Source: Eledone cirrhosa
Taxonomy: Eukaryota
Assembly (NCBI GenBank): GCA_964016885.1
Contig: OZ024743.1
Location: forward strand, 35,588,001-35,652,000
Reading direction: 5' to 3'
DNA: 64,000 nucleotides
The notes under the pieces were generated by a model. It saw only the letters and a list, made by a program, of their open reading frames with translations, ran no database searches and was not told the DNA's origin. Positions 59,601 through 64,000 of the stretch are shown here, piece by piece. Both the position numbers and the translations under genes were made by a program. Positions within the stretch are counted from its first letter, which is position 1. Each line of letters starts with the position of its first letter.

Positions 59601-62600
59601 TGTAAGATATAGAAACACTACACTGTGTCATTACTATACTGTGAAGACCTGTAAGATATAGAAACACTACACTGTGTCATTACTATACTGTGAAGACCTG
59701 TAGGATATAGAAACACTACACTGTGTCATTACTATACTGTGAAGAACTATGATATATAGAAACACTACACTGTGTCATTACTATACTGTAGAGACCTGTA
59801 AGATATAGAAACACTACACTGTGTCATTACTATACTGTGAAGACCTGTAATATATAGAAACACCACACTGTGTCATTACTATACTCTGAAGACCTGTAAG
59901 ATATAGAAACATTACACTGTGTCATTACTATACCCTGAAGACCTGTAAGATATAAAAACACTACACTGTGTCATTACTATACTGTGAAGACCTGTAAGAT
60001 ATAGAAACACTACACTGTATCATTACTATACTGTGAAGACGTGTAAGATATAGAAACACTACACTGTGTCATTACTATACTCTGAAGACCTGTAAGATAT
60101 AGAAACACTACACTGTGTCATTACTATACTGTGAAGACCTGTAAGATATAGAAACACTACACTGTGTCATTACTATACTGTGAAGACCTGTAAGATATAG
60201 AAACACTACACTGTGTCATTACTATAATGTGAAGACCTGTAATATATAGAAACACTACACTGTGTCATTACTATACTGTGAAGACCTGTAAGATATAGAA
60301 ACACTACACTGTATCATTACTATACTGTGAAGACCTGTAAGATATAGAAACACTACACTGTGTCATTACTATACTCTGAAGACCTGTAAGATATAGAAAC
60401 ACTACACTGTGTCATTACTATACTGTGAAGACGTGTAAGATATAGAAACACTACACTGTGTCATTACTATACTGTGAAGACCTGTAAGATATAGAAACAC
60501 TACACTGTATCATTACTATACTGTGAAGACCTGTAAGATATAGAAACACTACACTGTATCATTACTATACTGTGAAGACCTTTGAGATATAGAAACACTA
60601 CACTGTATCATTACTATACTGTGAAGACCTGTAAGATATAGAAACACTACACTGTGTCATTACTATAATGTGAAGACCTGTAATATATAGAAACACAACA
60701 CTGTGTCATTACTATACTCTGAAGACCTGTAAGATATAGAAACATTACACTGTGTCATTACTATACTCTGAAGACCTGTAAGATATAAAAACACTACACT
60801 GTGTCATTACTATACTCTGAAGACCTGTAAGATATAAAAACACTACACTGTGTCATTACTATACTGTGAAGACCTATAATATATAGAAACACTACACTGT
60901 GTCATTACTATACTCTGAAGACCTGTAAGATAGAGAAACACTACACTGTGTCATTACTATACTGTAAAGACCTGTAAGATATAGAAACACTACACTGTAT
61001 CATTACTATACTGTGAGGACCTGTAAGTTATAGAAACACTACACTGTGTCATTACTATACTCTGAAGACCTGTAAGATATAGAAACACTAAACTGTGTCA
61101 TTACTATACTGTGAAGACCTGTAAGATATAGAAACACTACACTGTATCATTACTATACTGTGAAGACGTGTAAGATATAGAAACACTACACTGTATCATT
61201 ACTATACTGTGAAGACCTGTAAGATATAGAAACACTACACTGTGTCATTACTATACTCTGAAGACCTGTAAGATATAGAAACACTACACCGTGTCATTAC
61301 TATACTGTGAAGACCTGTAAGATATAGAAACACTACACTGTGTCATTACTATAATGTGAAGACCTGTAATATATAGAAACACTACACTGTGTCATTACTA
61401 TACTCTGAAGACCTGTAAGATATAGAAACACTCCACTGTATCATTACTATACTGTGAAGACCTGTAAGATATAGAAACACTACACTGTGTCATTACTATA
61501 CTGTGAAGACCTGTAAGATATAGAAACACTACACTGTATCATTACTATACTGTGAAGACCTGTAAGATATAGAAACACTACACTGTGTCATTACTATACT
61601 CTGAAGACCTGTAAGATATAGAAACACTACACTGTGTCATTACTATACTGTGAAGACGTGTAAGATATAGAAACACTACACTGTATCATTACTATACTGT
61701 GAAGACCTGTAAGATATAGAAACACTACACTGTGTCATTACTATAATGTGAAGACCTGTAATATATAGAAACACTACACTGTGTCATTACGATACTCTGA
61801 AGACCTGTAAGATATAGAAACACTACACTGTGTCATTACTATACTGTGAAGACCTGTAAGATATAGAAACACTACACTGTGTCATTACTATACTGTGAAT
61901 ACCTGTAAGATATAGAAACACTACACTGTGTCATTACTATAATGTGAAGACCTGTAATATATAGAAACACTACACTGTGTCATTACTATACTGTGAAGAC
62001 CTGTAAGATATAGAAACACTACACTGTATCATTACTATACTGTGAAGACCTGTAAGATATAGAAACACTACACTGTGTCATTACTATACTCTGAAGACCT
62101 GTAAGATATAGAAACACTACACTTTGTCATTACTATACTGTGAAGACGTGTAAGATATAGTAACACTACACTGTGTCATTACTATACTGTGAAGACCTGT
62201 AAGATATAGAAACACTACACTGTATCATTACTATACTGTGAAGACCTGTAAGATATAGAAACACTACACTGTATCATTACTATACTGTGAAGACCTTTGA
62301 GATATAGAAACACTACACTGTATCATTACTATACTGTGAAGACCTGTAAGATATAGAAACACTACACTATGTCATTACTATAATGTGAAGACCTGTAATA
62401 TATAGAAACACTACACTGTGTCATTACTATAATGTGAAGACCTGTAATATATAGAAACACTACACTGTGTCATTACTATAATGTGAAGACCTGTAATATA
62501 TAGAAACACTACACTGTGTCATTACTATACTGTGAAGACCTGTAAGATATAGAAACACTACACTGTGTCATTACTATACTGTGAAGACCTGTAAGACATA

Positions 62601-64000
62601 GAAACACTACACTGTATCATTACTATACTGTGAAGACCTGTAAGACATACAAAAAAATTCACTGTATCATTACTATACTGTGAAGACCTGTAAGATATAG
62701 AAACACTACACTGTGTCATTACTATACTGTGAAGACCTGTAAGATATAGAAACACTACACTGTGTCATTACTATACTGTGAAGACCTGTAAGATATAGAA
62801 ACACTACTCTGTGTCATTACTATACTGTGAAGACCTGTAAGATATAGAAACACTACTCTGTGTCATTACTATACTGTGAAGACCTGTAAGATATAGAAAC
62901 ACTACACTGTGTCATTACTATAATGTGAAGACCTGTAAGATATAGAAACACTACACTGTGTCATTACTATACTGTGAAGACCTGTAAGATATAGAAACAC
63001 TACACTGTGTCATTACTATAATGTTAAGACCTGTAAGATATAGAAACACTACACTTTGTCATTACTATACTGTGAAGACCTGTAATATATAGAAACACTA
63101 CACTGTGTCATTACTATACTCTGAAGACCTGTAAGATATAGAAACACTACACTGTGTCATTACTATACGCTGAAGACCTATAATATATAGAAACACTACA
63201 CTGTATCATTACGATACTGTGAAGACCTGTAATATATAGAAACACTACACTGTATCATTACTATACTCTGAAGACCTGTAATATATAGAAACACTACACT
63301 TTGTCATTACTATACTGTGAAGACCTGTAAGATATAGAAACACTACACTGTGTCATTACTATACTCTGAAGACCTGTAATATATAGAAACACTACACTTT
63401 GTCATTACTATACTGTGAAGACCTGTAAGATATAGAAACACTACACTGTGTCATTACTATACTCTGAAGACCTGTAAGGTATAGAAACACTACACTGTAT
63501 CATTACTATACTGTGAAGACCTGTAAGATATAGAAACACTACACTGTGTCATTACTATACTGTGAAGACCTGTAAGATATAGAAACACTACACTGTGTCA
63601 TTACTATACTGTGAAGACCTGTAGGATATAGAAACACTACACTGTGTCATTACTATACTGTGAAGAACTATGATATATAGAAACACTACACTGTGTCATT
63701 ACTATACTGTAGAGACCTGTAAGATATAGAAACACTACACAGTGTCATTACTATACTCTGAAGACCTGTAAGACATACAAAAAAATTCACTGTATCATTA
63801 CTATACTGTGAAGACCTGTAAAATATAGAAACACTACACTGTGTCATTACTATACTGTGAAGACCTGTAAGATATAGAAACACTACACTGTATCATTACT
63901 ATACTGTGAAGACCTGTAAGATATAGAAACACTACACTGTGTCATTACTATACTGTGAAGACCTGTAGTATATAGAAACACTACACTGCGTCATTACTAT
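35655..64000 (+). repeat. 49-bp tandem satellite, about 580 monomers, with higher-order repeats; monomer has a hammerhead-like fold
   Basis: Consensus GAAGACCTGTAAGATATAGAAACACTACACTGTGTCATTACTATACTGT; runs off the window end. Confidence 0.97.

Noticed and set aside
35655-64000. CRISPR array, or C2H2 zinc-finger tandem gene
   Set aside because: There are no unique spacers; the unit is 49 bp (not a multiple of 3, not 84 bp) with frequent stops; resemblance of AGAAACACTACACTGTG to a ZnF linker is superficial

Overview
Eukaryotic, AT-rich, repeat-dominated window with no supportable intact protein-coding gene. The mix of microsatellites and tRNA-derived SINEs suggests an octopus/coleoid cephalopod genome (inference). 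Positions 1-35.6 kb contain (TA)n/(TG)n/(CCA)n/pentanucleotide tracts, minisatellites, tRNA-SINEs, a decayed R4/Dong-type RLE LINE, Helitron and hAT non-autonomous elements, and several short elements sitting in (TA)n that carry type I hammerhead ribozyme (HHR) motifs. Positions 35.65-64 kb are a 49-bp tandem satellite (about 580 copies, open at the window end) with higher-order repeats. The main observation is that the 49-bp monomer can be read as a complete, circularly closed minimal hammerhead ribozyme ((C/G)UGAAGA, GAAA, GUC, with stems I-III), although most copies carry a core substitution. The long ORFs in the track are low-complexity artefacts. All alignments and folds were done by eye.
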